From assembly GCA_965235115.1 (NCBI GenBank), contig OZ249436.1, positions 11,844,001 through 11,908,000 on the forward strand: DNA of 64,000 nucleotides, read 5' to 3'. Shown here in pieces: positions 52,503 to 64,000 of this stretch. The stretch is from Laetmonice hystrix (Eukaryota). Each line of letters opens with the position of its first letter. The first letter of the stretch is position 1. The position numbers and the translations under genes were made by a program. The notes beneath the pieces were generated by a model. It was not told the origin of the DNA and ran no database searches. It worked only from the letters and a program-made list of their open reading frames with translations.

Positions 52503-52953
52503 CAGTGTTGCCAACCCTCCCGAATCCTTCGGGAATCTCCCGAAAATTTAAAGCAAGCCCCACCTTCCTCCCGACTCCCGAATTACTCCAAGAATCTCCC
52601 GAAAATCACCAAAAATGTCTAAAGAAAAGAAAATCCGACAAAGCTAAAATTTTTTACGCGGGGCATGCCCCCGGACCCCCCTAGCAGGGCTTCGAAACCA
52701 CCCGTGCCCGGTTTTTTTGAGCATGAGCTCATTCTCACCGTTTTCATGTTTTTTGGGGGTTACTTTTTTCCATGAGGCGTGCTCATGGTGAGCAAGCTCG
52801 CGGAAAAACACCACAAAAAACGAAAACAGTGAGCAAAACAGTGAGCATGAGCTTCTGCTCACCCTTGCTCAGCTCAGCTCACCCTTGCTCACGGTGAAAA
52901 GTTAACAAAAAACCGGGCCCCGAAATTCAAGCTCCACCAGGGTGGCAACCCTG
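52503..52953. mobile_element. hAT-like MITE with 6-bp TSD, containing a nested inverted-repeat element (~52704-52920)
   Basis: TIRs CAGTGTTGCCAACCCT / AGGGTGGCAACCCTG, with GGAACA on both sides. Inner IRs GCCCGGTTTTTT / AAAAAACCGGGC. Confidence 0.72.
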
Positions 52954-55900
52954 GGAACACAATTTATAAGGTCAAGAAAACTAACAACTCGTGATATTTT
53001 TTCAAACCACCGATCTCATCACTCTGCCCTCCCTTTTCCAGACCAGGTGTGAACGGAATGTAAGTCTGCCGGTATGGAGGTCCACCGGACCTGGATTCCT
53101 TGGTAATGCAGGTCCTAAGTTATCAACTTCGTGGTATAAGTCAATATAATTAAGAAAATTATACAACTGGATTAGGGTTAAGGTTAGGATTATGGATATG
53201 ATTACGAAGAAATATTTAAATAATACAACATCAGACTTCAGGTCCTAGGAATGCAGGTCCGTCGGACCTGCATTTCAGGGGAACTTGGATTCCGGTCACA
53301 GCTCTGCGCCCTCGCAGGCATTGTCGGACCTGCCCCGTCCGGTCATGCATGGCTGCATATGGTGCAGCCTATAGGCCTACGTAATCCTTACCGTTCAGCT
53401 TAATCCTTGTCATCCAGAGAGGTATAGCTAAAAGAAACCTTATAACTTTAACCTGTGCAGTGAGAAACCCTAAAATACCCACTGTGAAGACATATACAGC
53501 GTGTGTTATTAGGTTTCAACGGTGCTAAGGGAAAGGATTTTGGTTCATGGCACTATACGGGATGAGTAGAATGGTTTCCTGATAGAAAAGTATAGACTCT
53601 ACGCCTACAACTACATGTATTGGTTATTTGTGCTATGTATGCAGAGTATGCCCACTTAATTGAGTTCTCCTTTAAGATCACAGATGGCAATCCCATTTCA
53701 ATTATTTTAACGTCCTATAGATCTATTTGATAAACTTTTAAACCATTGAGGTCTATATCTCAGCTTGCATCTCAACTTTAGACCTATGATAATATGCCTA
53801 TAGCCCGCTGTCGCCTTTTCTTCCTTTATATAGGCCTATGCCTATATCAGCATAAATAAACTAGCGGCTACATGTATTTATTGTGAGCGTTTAAGATTCA
53901 GTTTGAGCGTAGAATGGGGGTGAGGGTGAGGCTGGAGTGAGGCTTTCGTCGTGTGTAGTCGGGTGGGTCGACGCTCGCCCCATGCACATCGCCTTTTTGT
54001 CACCAGGTTCCCTTCTTACCATGGAGAGTTTCTCGAGCGTTCTTCGTTATTTGAACAAGAACCAATATAAGAAATCGCCCCAGGCTAAAATCGCAATTTA
54101 TTTCAGAGTGGAGTGCAATCAACCTTTAGTGAACCCTGCAGGGTTACAGGCAAAAGGCAGCGTTCTGTTGGATAGACCAACCGATAGACAATGGTACAGT
54201 GCCATGCACTCCCACCACAATTCAACCCCGGTAAATGTAGCCAGAGGGGCCTAGAATGTCACTTTAAACGCTCGTAATGCATCCCAAGGTAGGCGTGTTG
54301 CAAAGTTTATATAAATGTTTGTATTTAGGTTTTACACAGCAGTAAAGCGTTTCAGTTGTTGAGTTATAAATGCGCCCTTTATGAAGTCTAGTTTTCGCTG
54401 ACCTGTTCCCGCTCTATAGACACTTTCATCCTGTTGAGCATGCTCAATACAGCCGCATCAACAATATTTTCGGATACTAGTGAGCAGGACGGAACACATT
54501 TGTGTTGGCAGACAACAGGTCCCATCTTGTTAGAAACTCTGTAGCATCAATATTGAGCACCCCGATGGGACAATAAGTCACCTTCCTATTGTGGCTTGGA
54601 TTTGGCTCTCTGAAAGCTTTTCATCTCGACACATCAATATTGTCGCTCCGAGTCAGTGAAGACACCTTGAATATTGCCTTGTACCATGTGACTTCCTCAC
54701 TGAGTACACATTATTTTGTCTTATATCGACAGTGGTCGCATTCAGCAGTCACATGCCATGCCCAATGAGAACCTTTCGGCCTATTACACGCATTATAATG
54801 TCATTGTCACATATTTTTTTCTCTCATTTTTTCACTTTCATATAGACCCATTGTCGATACACAATACAACTATATGGGTATATTATTTTCTGTGCGTGAA
54901 GCCTGTGTAATCAGCGAGTTTTTTTCTGTCTACAGCAGCTCATAAGAGTCCCCTAGTCCATGCATGCATGTATAGAAACCAGTGTCCAGTAGCAGATGCA
55001 GCAGTCGGTATAACATTTACCACATCGCACGGTGTTGTTTGAGCATAACTGTTAATTTGCGTGTGAAAGGTTTTCAGTTAGCACAAACAATTAGTCTAAA
55101 TTAATCTTTGTGCAGTATCGTTGCTGTGTAAACATGACATTGGTCGGTCTTATAATATTAATCGGGAGTTATTTCGGAAACAATTGCGAACTGGTAGCGA
55201 TATACACGATAGGCTAAGGAATGCATGCGACGTGTTTTTTTTAAATCCCACATTTCTCCCGTTTTTTGAGACAACCTTTTTGGAAGATATAGGCCTAGAC
55301 TATAGATACGGCATCATTTATATAGGTCTGGTCAGGGTTTGCTTTAGAACATCTTTAGCGGAGTTTAATCATAATGTGCATGGGGAATAGATCTACAGAG
55401 TTCCTGTATAACCCATTGGTCGTGGAAACTGAGCTTCATAGGCCTAAATTTATTACCATCAAACCTGATAAAATGGAATTTTCGGTCGCTTTTCTGTATT
55501 TCATTAAGACTCCTTCATTCGTCCATTATACTGTTTAATATGTGCCTCTACATGAACTAAATAGGCAGTAAAAAGACTGTGTAATTAGTATTTACTCAGA
55601 CAGCAGTAGGTGCCATTCAGTATTCTTACCATTTAATTAGTCGAGGTTGGTTGGGAGGGGCAAAACACCCACCCATTGTCGTATGGTCACCTGTGTGCTT
55701 CAGTGTGGGCAGATTCTGTCACTCACCTAACGACTAAAATAGGAACACACAACGCGTGACGCGACCAAAGTCATGGGCGTACACTTGTTATCGCCCCGCC
55801 CGTAGTTTCGCACCTTTTGACAGTTGAATGCGCGTTCAAGATGGGAGGATCTGTTTGGTGACAGGACACATAAGCTTGTTGTGTTCAGTTTGAAAACGCT

Positions 55901-58900
55901 CTTCCACCAGGGACTTTCGACGAATCCCGGTGGTAATTTTCACCCATCTAGGATAATCACAGAGAACATGGTCGTGACGAGTGGCCTGGAAAAGTCGTCT
56001 GCTTTTAGTTACATAGCAGTTACGTCGTCGCCTCGAGGCAGGATTAGGCCGCCAGGCCCGAGAATGACCGCACCTGTTTAATTTATTTTGGGGGGTGCTA
56101 GGAAGAGAAGACTGTTTCGCATACGGAAACAATATTATTGAGGACCTTTTCTGACTTAGACCTTCTGTTGGAGTCGCATATAATAAAGAACCGCTACATA
56201 ATAATGCTATATACGCGCGTCAGTGCGTGCATGGGTAATGCCTTTGCCGAAGGTTTTCTACCGCTGTAGAAGGTCTTGGCCTATTCCTGTTGGACCATTT
56301 GGTGATATCAAAGGGTCTAAATCACAGAAGCAAACAAGAAGAAAACGCTGATACTGACCCGTATAGCATGTATGTGTGGGTGCAGCCTATAGAAAGTCTA
56401 TCCAGACGGCTGTCTGGGATAGACCCTCTTGTTTCAACGCCAACGGATTAACGCAAATATCGGCATGAACTGGCTGCGTCAATACTGATGCAGTGCTCGA
56501 CTTTGATGAAGGCCTCGAGACAATGCATGTATAGGCCTACAGTCAGCGTTTGATAGTGTGTGCATCGGGTACACGAGATAGATCACCCGCAGAAGTATAT
56601 AGACGCCTATATAATGCGACATGTGTTTTGGAAACACCTTTTACATGTTCGCAAACAAAAGCACGGTCCATTTAAATGATTAATTTTAGGAGGTTAATTG
56701 TGTCCTTTGGAAAGTTTAAAAACAAACAGTGCAAACTATAGATTCGGTACAGCGATCACGAATGGCCGTGTTAGTAATTTTTGACAATATTTGCCGACCG
56801 TGGTCCCTATAGCCTATAGAGTTTAGTCCCTAAAAGCTACAGCAATCTTGTTAACCTATAGAAATATAGAATCGATCCAGGTCTGGTAATAAAGCCCAAA
56901 GATATCTTTGGCTGGCGCCAGGTGCGAGGTTTTTATTGAAACACTCGCTCTCTCCCCATCTAGACTGCACTAGTCCAAAAGACATCTTTGGTATAAAGAT
57001 ATCTTTGGCAAAGATATCTTTTGATATTGAAACGCTGAAGGCGCGTTGTTCGTCTCCTTAATTGCACTAAACGTCTCAAGTAATGCATTGTTACAGACCA
57101 GACGCGCCATGCACATTTGTAATAGGCCTATATCTATATAGCTATATATAGTTAATCATAAACATGTATAACTATAGTGTAACAGTTGTGGCATATATTA
57201 ATAAATTTGCACTGAAACAAGATTTTTGTAAAGATTCGTCTGTCACTATGGTGGTGGATGGATGGGTCCGTTTTTTTAAAAACACCGATCCCAAGGGTTT
57301 CTGTACGACATACGGCGGAGATCAGATCATGCATGTATAGGCCGCGGCTTACATCTCGGTTATAGGCCTACAATGTATATTATGATCGAATGTCCATTAT
57401 GCAAAAAAAAACCTTTTTCGTTTCTTATACTTTGTCCTTCTTTAATGCTTTCTTTCGTTCTTTTTCTCTGTTTGTTGTTTGTATACATTGTATTTACCTT
57501 ATCCAACTATAGGATATATAGATTGGCCAGCAGGACAATGCTGTAATCAAGATGATTGCGTTAACTTTACTGACTTGTATCTCCCCTATAGTGGTCACCA
57601 CTGCAGCCTCGGACACAGAATCCTACAAAGAAAGGAATGAGCGTTGGGTAAAGTCAATTGCCCGGTGGTGTCGTTAAGATCAGCTCTCGACACCCTCGTC
57701 GCACGGTCTTAATTAAAGTATACGTGCCCCAATGAGAAAATGGATCATCTGGTGTCAGGAATACCCACGGTCACGCAAAATTGGCCATTTTCCTTTCCTA
57801 TCCCCATTGAATGAGGAAAATGTCTTTTTCTCAAGGCATGTGAGCAGGAATTACAGCGTGCTACCTGCACGTGTTCAGGGTGAAAGGCCACGGATAATTT
57901 GGTCACCTGTAGCCGCAGTCTGGCCTACACGGCTGCCCACGGCTGCCCAGCCACTCAATGGATCCCAGCTTAGAACCTAATGGAGCGGCACTCACCGCCG
58001 ACCGGCTTTGAAAAGCGGCCAGGGCGGTTCCCCCAGACCACCCGGATGCTTAATTAAGATGTTTTAAGATGGGCACAATGAGATAAGTAGGGGTCTCCAT
58101 GCCATTTGTGTTCCGTTTTCAAGGCAGCGTGCGAACTGAACAGATCCCTTGGGGCGAGGGGGTGGTAGGGGGCGGCTTCCGTACAGTGAGGGGGAGGGCA
58201 GAACAAGATGGCCACTTCTACACTCGGCTGTGTTCATTTTAATTGGCTTGATTAGCTTACAATGATGGGAAATCCGAGATGGCAATGGCCACTTGCCGTA
58301 CAGGTGTTTCTAAAGGAAGCCTGGCGTGCGATTATCTCATTGTAATCGATCGAAGTTGTTCGTTGTAGCGTAAATCGAGATTCATCTTAATGTTCCTATA
58401 GGTTTACTGCACATAGAACGGATGCTGACGTACTCGTCGATGACCGCCTTGCTTCAACTCTGATGACACTCCTCTTGATAAAATACAAACAATTAGTTTT
58501 TTTGGGGGGATGGGGGAATACATCGGTTTAAATCTTCAATTTCATTTCAATACATTTGGTTTTCCCGCCCTTTTAACTTTACATATTATTTTACAGTATA
58601 GGCCTAATTGTACTCGATAATTTTTTATGTCACTTCTTCCTACATGTTATGAATGCGGTAGAAAGTTCAACAACTATACAATATAGACTCTCTATAGGCC
58701 TATAGACGTTCACCGAGGCTTTGGTACGCTTCATTACCGCAGGGTCCTAAAGTGGGTGCTTGTCTTCCGATCATGAGATAAAACGTGAGCCTGTTTTCCA
58801 TGGTCGCGGGACACCAAAACTAGAGCCCCAATCCCCTAATGACGGCAATTTTCTGTAATTACCTTAAATCTCAACAAGCGTCATGTCAGTGTAAACGAAA

Positions 58901-61091
58901 TTCGACATAGAAACCGGGCTCGGCAAATATTTGGCTTGTTGACCGTTGGACCAACAGCATGATGTGTGTCGAGTATATGAAGACGGTGTTGTCGCTTTTC
59001 CAATCCGGGGTATATGAATTAGATGTTGTTGTTTTTTTTCCCCCTGACTTTTGACATTTCAATTAATACCTCATTTTGTGATCCCAAATGCACTAAATGT
59101 CACCAAATTGCACCTTAAATTTCCAAAATTTTCCGGGCCCACCTATAGGGTTTCGCGCCTCCGGCACTCGCCCTGTCTATAAGGCTCCTAGAGCCAGCCA
59201 GCCCCTTGAACAAAATTCGATATCTGCGCCTGACACCCGTTTAAAAATCCAATTTATCGTCGACACCCTATAGGCATAGGCCCTATAGTTACTGTTTCCT
59301 AGTGCATGTTGAGTGTAGATGTATAGACTACCCTCTATTATAAACGTGCATTACTAAGCATGATTATCCTTTTCTATCCAACTTTGGTGAAAATCTGGTT
59401 CCAATGCAGGTTTCAATATCCCTTATAAGCGCAGAGTACTGGCCCCAGGTATACATTGTTCAGGGGACTGGTCAATTTGAAGCCTGGTCTATATGGGACT
59501 CGGGACAATTGTTACTTAACTGTTTTCACTGTCGGTCGGGTCGGTTCTGGCCATTTCCACTGGTCAGTTGTGTAAATAACCTGTCACAACAAACTCTGCT
59601 TTATAATCCTGCAGAATTCTGTAGATCCAGTTTATAGGATTATATATAATTGCCCTACATAATTATGTTGTGTTCGTGGAATTATTATGTGGCATTATAA
59701 CAGTATATTTGTATATAATTGTCAAGGCCTCGAAATAATTATGCATTATGGCAGAACTTCTAAACATCACATCGGAACTATTCAAACTGCAGTCGGCATG
59801 GGTGGACTCAGTAACAACAGTTATAGATCCAGGATTACTTAAACATATATTGTGGCGTCGATTGTATCTGACGAATTGTTTGTTTCGTGGACATTGATCA
59901 TTGATGTATTCGTCATTTGTTTTACTAATGGTCTGGACTAAAGGATGGTGGGCAGGTTTGGATCACAACTTGGCTTGCTGTATCGGGAGAGATCCGGACA
60001 CATGCATAGGTTGGCCGGCGATGGTCGGGTCTTGGGTATATCGATCGACTTGGTGAAAAGGAACATTTCCGTCGACTTCCGGTTAGTTAGTCGATTCACA
60101 TAGACTCGATATAAGTTGGAATATGTCGGCCTACAACCGACCGTGATGACATTATATACCTCCCATTTAGTATAGAGTCTAGATCTACACAATGCTCGAC
60201 CAATAGACCAACGAGAAATGTAACCTATCTTTCTGATCCTCCCCCCTCCCCCCTTAAATATAAATTTCACAAATTCCGATAATCATGCCATTATGGTCAT
60301 GGCTTGTAGTAAATTAATATATATATATAATGGCACCCGCTTATATAACTGTTTGTTTACAAAGCGTTCCGTCTCCTTATAATAGTCATGCTTTACGAGA
60401 ATTTACACCTCTCTAAATTTTACTACTATTGAAGTTTCATTTTTTATCGCCGGCCCGATTCAAATAAATTCAGATAAACGTTTGCATGAAGGTCAGTAGA
60501 GGCAGACCTCCTCAGTAATTTTACTAGTGCGGTTGTCACATTATCCACCTATGGGACGTGTCAAGTGTTAAAAACACATGCCAGCCAGCACCGGGGACTT
60601 CCCAATTATAAACACGGCTTCTGAACGAAGTGAGCACTTGGATCGTCGCGTGCCTGCAGCGTGTTTCTGCTGCGCCACCTGTTGACGGCTCTGAGTAATC
60701 AGAAAATTCAGGCAGTTTAGGTCGCAGCTATAGCAAAGAACTGTAATATATTGTTCTATACAATTATAAAAGATCAAGTGAAAGTTGAAATAAAAGTGCA
60801 CGACAAAGGCTATAAGTCCCTCAGTAGGCCGAGGTTCAGAGGGGGCACAATATGTCTTAAAGACAAATTTCTATATCTAAAAACGACGTGAAGGGCTCGT
60901 CTTACATGGATTATTGGGAAAGGCGGTGGGAAATTATACCCTTTGTTCCCCCATGTATACGTGTATATAAGACAGGGTTGGGTCAAGTGAAAAGGTGTTT
61001 ATAGGGTCCATGCAAAATCAAAAAAAGTAGGGTTGAAGATTCTGCACATGTGCATAAAACAAAACCAATGCAGTTTTCTCAATTTTTAACA

Positions 61092-61097
61092 TTTATT
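61092..61097 (-). terminator. Candidate polyadenylation signal of the forkhead gene
   Basis: AATAAA on the - strand, ~920 nt downstream of the stop, followed by T/GT-rich sequence. Confidence 0.45.
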
Positions 61098-61532
61098 ACA
61101 CACATGGTAATTATAGTGATGGTTTGTCCACTATAGTGAAAGAGTCGACGAAAACTCAATTGCGTCGTTTTGGCCATCCAACTCTAAAGTCAGAGTGATA
61201 TAAAAAGATTCATATAAACAATTTTTCTGTACAAAGCACATAAATACGGTACCTATATTCTACGCTATACACACAACCTTAGAAGTCAAACAGGAAATCT
61301 TAGAGACGTTCCGTGGTTTTCTGTACAATACGAAAGCTAAACACGTCAAGAAACTTTACAAGAGGCGGTTACAGAGAGATCTACATGGACACGTTAGAGA
61401 CGTGTTCACTCACCAAGGTTCATCACAGATTGTTTTCTTTGGTTTTCATTGTATATCACCACGCAGGTTGTCTGCTATAATCAATATCTCTGAGCATTGA
61501 GTCAGCGATAATTAATCGTCATGCAACATTAT

Positions 61533-61873
61533 CATAGGCGCCGGAAAATATTCACAGGTGGGGGGGGGGGGCAAAGACCAAATCATAGGACCCAAGTTTC
61601 ACGATTTGAAATGCTGGTGATAGCTGGTGATGGGAGCGCCGAAGGCGCGAAGCCTCGAGAAGGGGGTCTGGGGGCACTCCCCCAGAAACTTTTGAAACTT
61701 AAAGTGCCAAATATGCGTTTTCCTGGCATCTGGGAACTAAGCCCTCTGACGGTCTGACCATCTCCTGCAACCTTTGAGCTGGGGGGGGGGGGGCAAAACT
61801 ATATGCTTGCCCCCCCCCAGCTTTTGAGCAGGGGGGCAACCTGCCCCCCTGCTCCCCGGTTCCGGCGCCTATG
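61533..61873. mobile_element. GC-rich MITE with 5-bp TSD in the presumed FoxAB 3' UTR
   Basis: Perfect TIRs CATAGGCGCCGGAA / TTCCGGCGCCTATG, with ATTAT on both sides. Confidence 0.82.
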
Positions 61874-62019
61874 ATTATTCTGTCCCGCTACTATATATTC
61901 TCTCTCGCTCTTGTGGTGAAATACGAACCCACAATACTGTATAACTATATTTCAGCACATCTTATATCCTGTATTAACATTATTATTTACAATCGAATTC
62001 AGAAACAAATCCAGTGTTC

Positions 62020-64000
62020 TTATTGTCCTGCTTGCAGCCGCAGCTGGTTTGAGTAATGCGATTGGTAGGGTGACTGTTGGTATGGAGAGTAGTTGGACAA
62101 GGCCGCTCCGGACAGGGAGGCGGTGGACAGGGAGGGTGCCGACAGGTGCGAGCCTGTCAGGGCGGAAGGGTTGGTGTTCAGGTTGGCGCTCTGACCCATG
62201 GCCTGGCTGAAGTAAGAGCTGTGGTAAGAGTTGCTGAGGTTGGCCGCCGGGGAGGCCGCCGGGTAGTACGGGGAGCCGTAGCTCGCCGTAGCCGCCGCCG
62301 TCACTGTGGTGGACGGCCCGGCCCAGTGCTCCGCCTTGAGTGAGGCGTGCATGCCGCCAGTTGACCCCAGCCCGGGGTATTGGTGCTGCGGCTGCGACAG
62401 GCCGTAGGGCGCCAGTGGGTTCAGGCTTGGGTACGGCTTGTAGCCGGCCGTGGCCGCCGCCCCGTACAACCCAAAGTGGCCGTAGGCGTTCATCTGTTGC
62501 ATTTGAGCTTGCTGTTCCTCTCGTTTCTTCTGCAGCTTGAAGCGCTTGGCCCTCCTGAGGAAGGATCCGTTGGAGAACATGTCCCCGCAGGCTGGGTGAA
62601 GAGCCCAGTGGTTGCCCTTGCCTGGTTTACCGGGAGCGCGCGCGATCTTCAGGAAACAATCGTTCAGGGACAAGTTATGTCGAATGCTGTTCTGCCAGCG
62701 CTGCTGGTTCTCCTTGAAGTAAGGGAAACGGTTCATGATGAACGAGTAGATCTCGTTGAGAGTCATCATCCCAGACGGCGAGCTCTCTAAGGCCATGGTG
62801 ATGAGGGCGATGTACGAGTAGGGGGGTTTAACATCTGCAAACCGGCGCTTCTGCTGGGAAATGGTGGACGTTCCTGAAACATTGCCATACAAGCGAGATC
62901 CTTTAATTGACCAGGTACGTCGTACACTGGAAAGCTTAGGTAGGGCCATAATAACACTTTATTGTTAAATAAAAATAAATCTGTTAGGCATGTGCAATAA
63001 ATGTATATACGTTATTAACAAGTATACCGCCCTATAGACATACCCTCTTTGTATTCTATCTCCATTATAGATAGAGTCAATATAATTAGTTTTCGTCGTG
63101 CAGAGTAATCATATTTGTAAAAAAAGAGAGGAACAGTTATACATGAGGCCTTTGGTTCACTGTTCTGTCATGTAATTAATTTTCATGCATGCACACAAAC
63201 GTGACATTAGATGCAGACAGACTCTTGCAATCTGTTGATTTCCCAACTTAGAAACAGTTCAAGTTTTTATGAAACGAAGTAGTAGCCACCCAGTCACTTC
63301 ACAATGACCAATCTTTATGCTGGCCAACTATTCGTTCAAAACTTTATAATCAAAATAAGAATTAAGACAAATGGACGTAACCCTCATCGAAAAACACACT
63401 TTATGATGTAGAAGATTTTGATTTCATAAGTTAGGCGTAGATACTCACCAGAGAATTGCTGCGCGTCGAGGTCATCGTCATCGACCTCCTGCCCTGGGAT
63501 GATTGTGCCGGAGCCCCGGGTGCCAGCCGAGCCGGCAGGGCTGGCGGACCGCCCGCTGTCTGAGTCAGTCCGCGCGCCGTCGTCGTCACACCCCTCCTGG
63601 GTGGAGGCGGGGACCAGTGGCGGGGCGGGAGGCGGGGACGGTCCGCCGAGCTGGGGGTGGCCGGGCCCGTCAGCCTGCGCGTGTCCGTGACGGTCCGCCA
63701 GCCCCTGCACCATGGAGCTAACGGTGTGCTGGGTCAGCTGGAGATGGTGGTGGTGGTTGTCGTGCAGGGGCTGGGTCGGGTGGAGGAGCTGATCCGACAC
63801 GTGCAGCAAGTGATGTCCGCCACTCATTGACATCATACACGACGACTTGGGGTCGCCAAGGGCTGGGTGAGGGTGTGCGCCGGCGGCCGCCTGTAGGTGG
63901 TGACCGGGATGGAGCAGTCCGGCACCCCCCGGCAGGCCGCCCAGGTGATGGTGGCCTGCGTGGTGTCCACTTCCTACCACCAGCCCGCTCGGTCCGTCCA
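62020..64000 (-). CDS. FoxAB: Forkhead box transcription factor, FoxAB subfamily (5'-partial, 2 exons)
   Basis: Exon 1 runs from the window edge to 63449 (donor G|GTGAGT). Exon 2 is 62873-62020 (phase 1). Forkhead domain [20 protein letters not shown]...[15 protein letters not shown]...[29 protein letters not shown]. The subfamily call is from recalled signature residues and needs phylogeny. Confidence 0.85.

Noticed and set aside
62874..62949. ORF-track start MALPKLSSV... for the forkhead gene
   Set aside because: This is intronic read-through. A phase-1 acceptor at 62874 matches the donor at 63448.

Overview
Animal (most likely marine invertebrate) genomic DNA with spliced genes. It contains: (i) a decayed non-LTR retrotransposon RT fragment at the left edge; (ii) two tandem 9-exon Cys-loop/nicotinic acetylcholine receptor alpha-like genes (+ strand, 1146-7017 and 8402-15554) with largely intact ACh-binding loops but strongly non-canonical M2 pores; (iii) a 36-coding-exon CHD1/2-type chromatin remodeller on the - strand (47787-19915); (iv) a FoxAB-type forkhead gene on the - strand running off the right edge; and (v) many MITEs and minisatellites. 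The most notable hidden signal is three intronic box C/D RNAs in CHD1 introns that resemble vertebrate SNORD97/SNORD133 and are positioned to guide 2'-O-methylation of wobble C34 of elongator tRNA-Met. A 56-bp minisatellite also copies a CHD1 splice acceptor nine times. All exon coordinates were read by hand and checked for phase consistency. No database searches were run.
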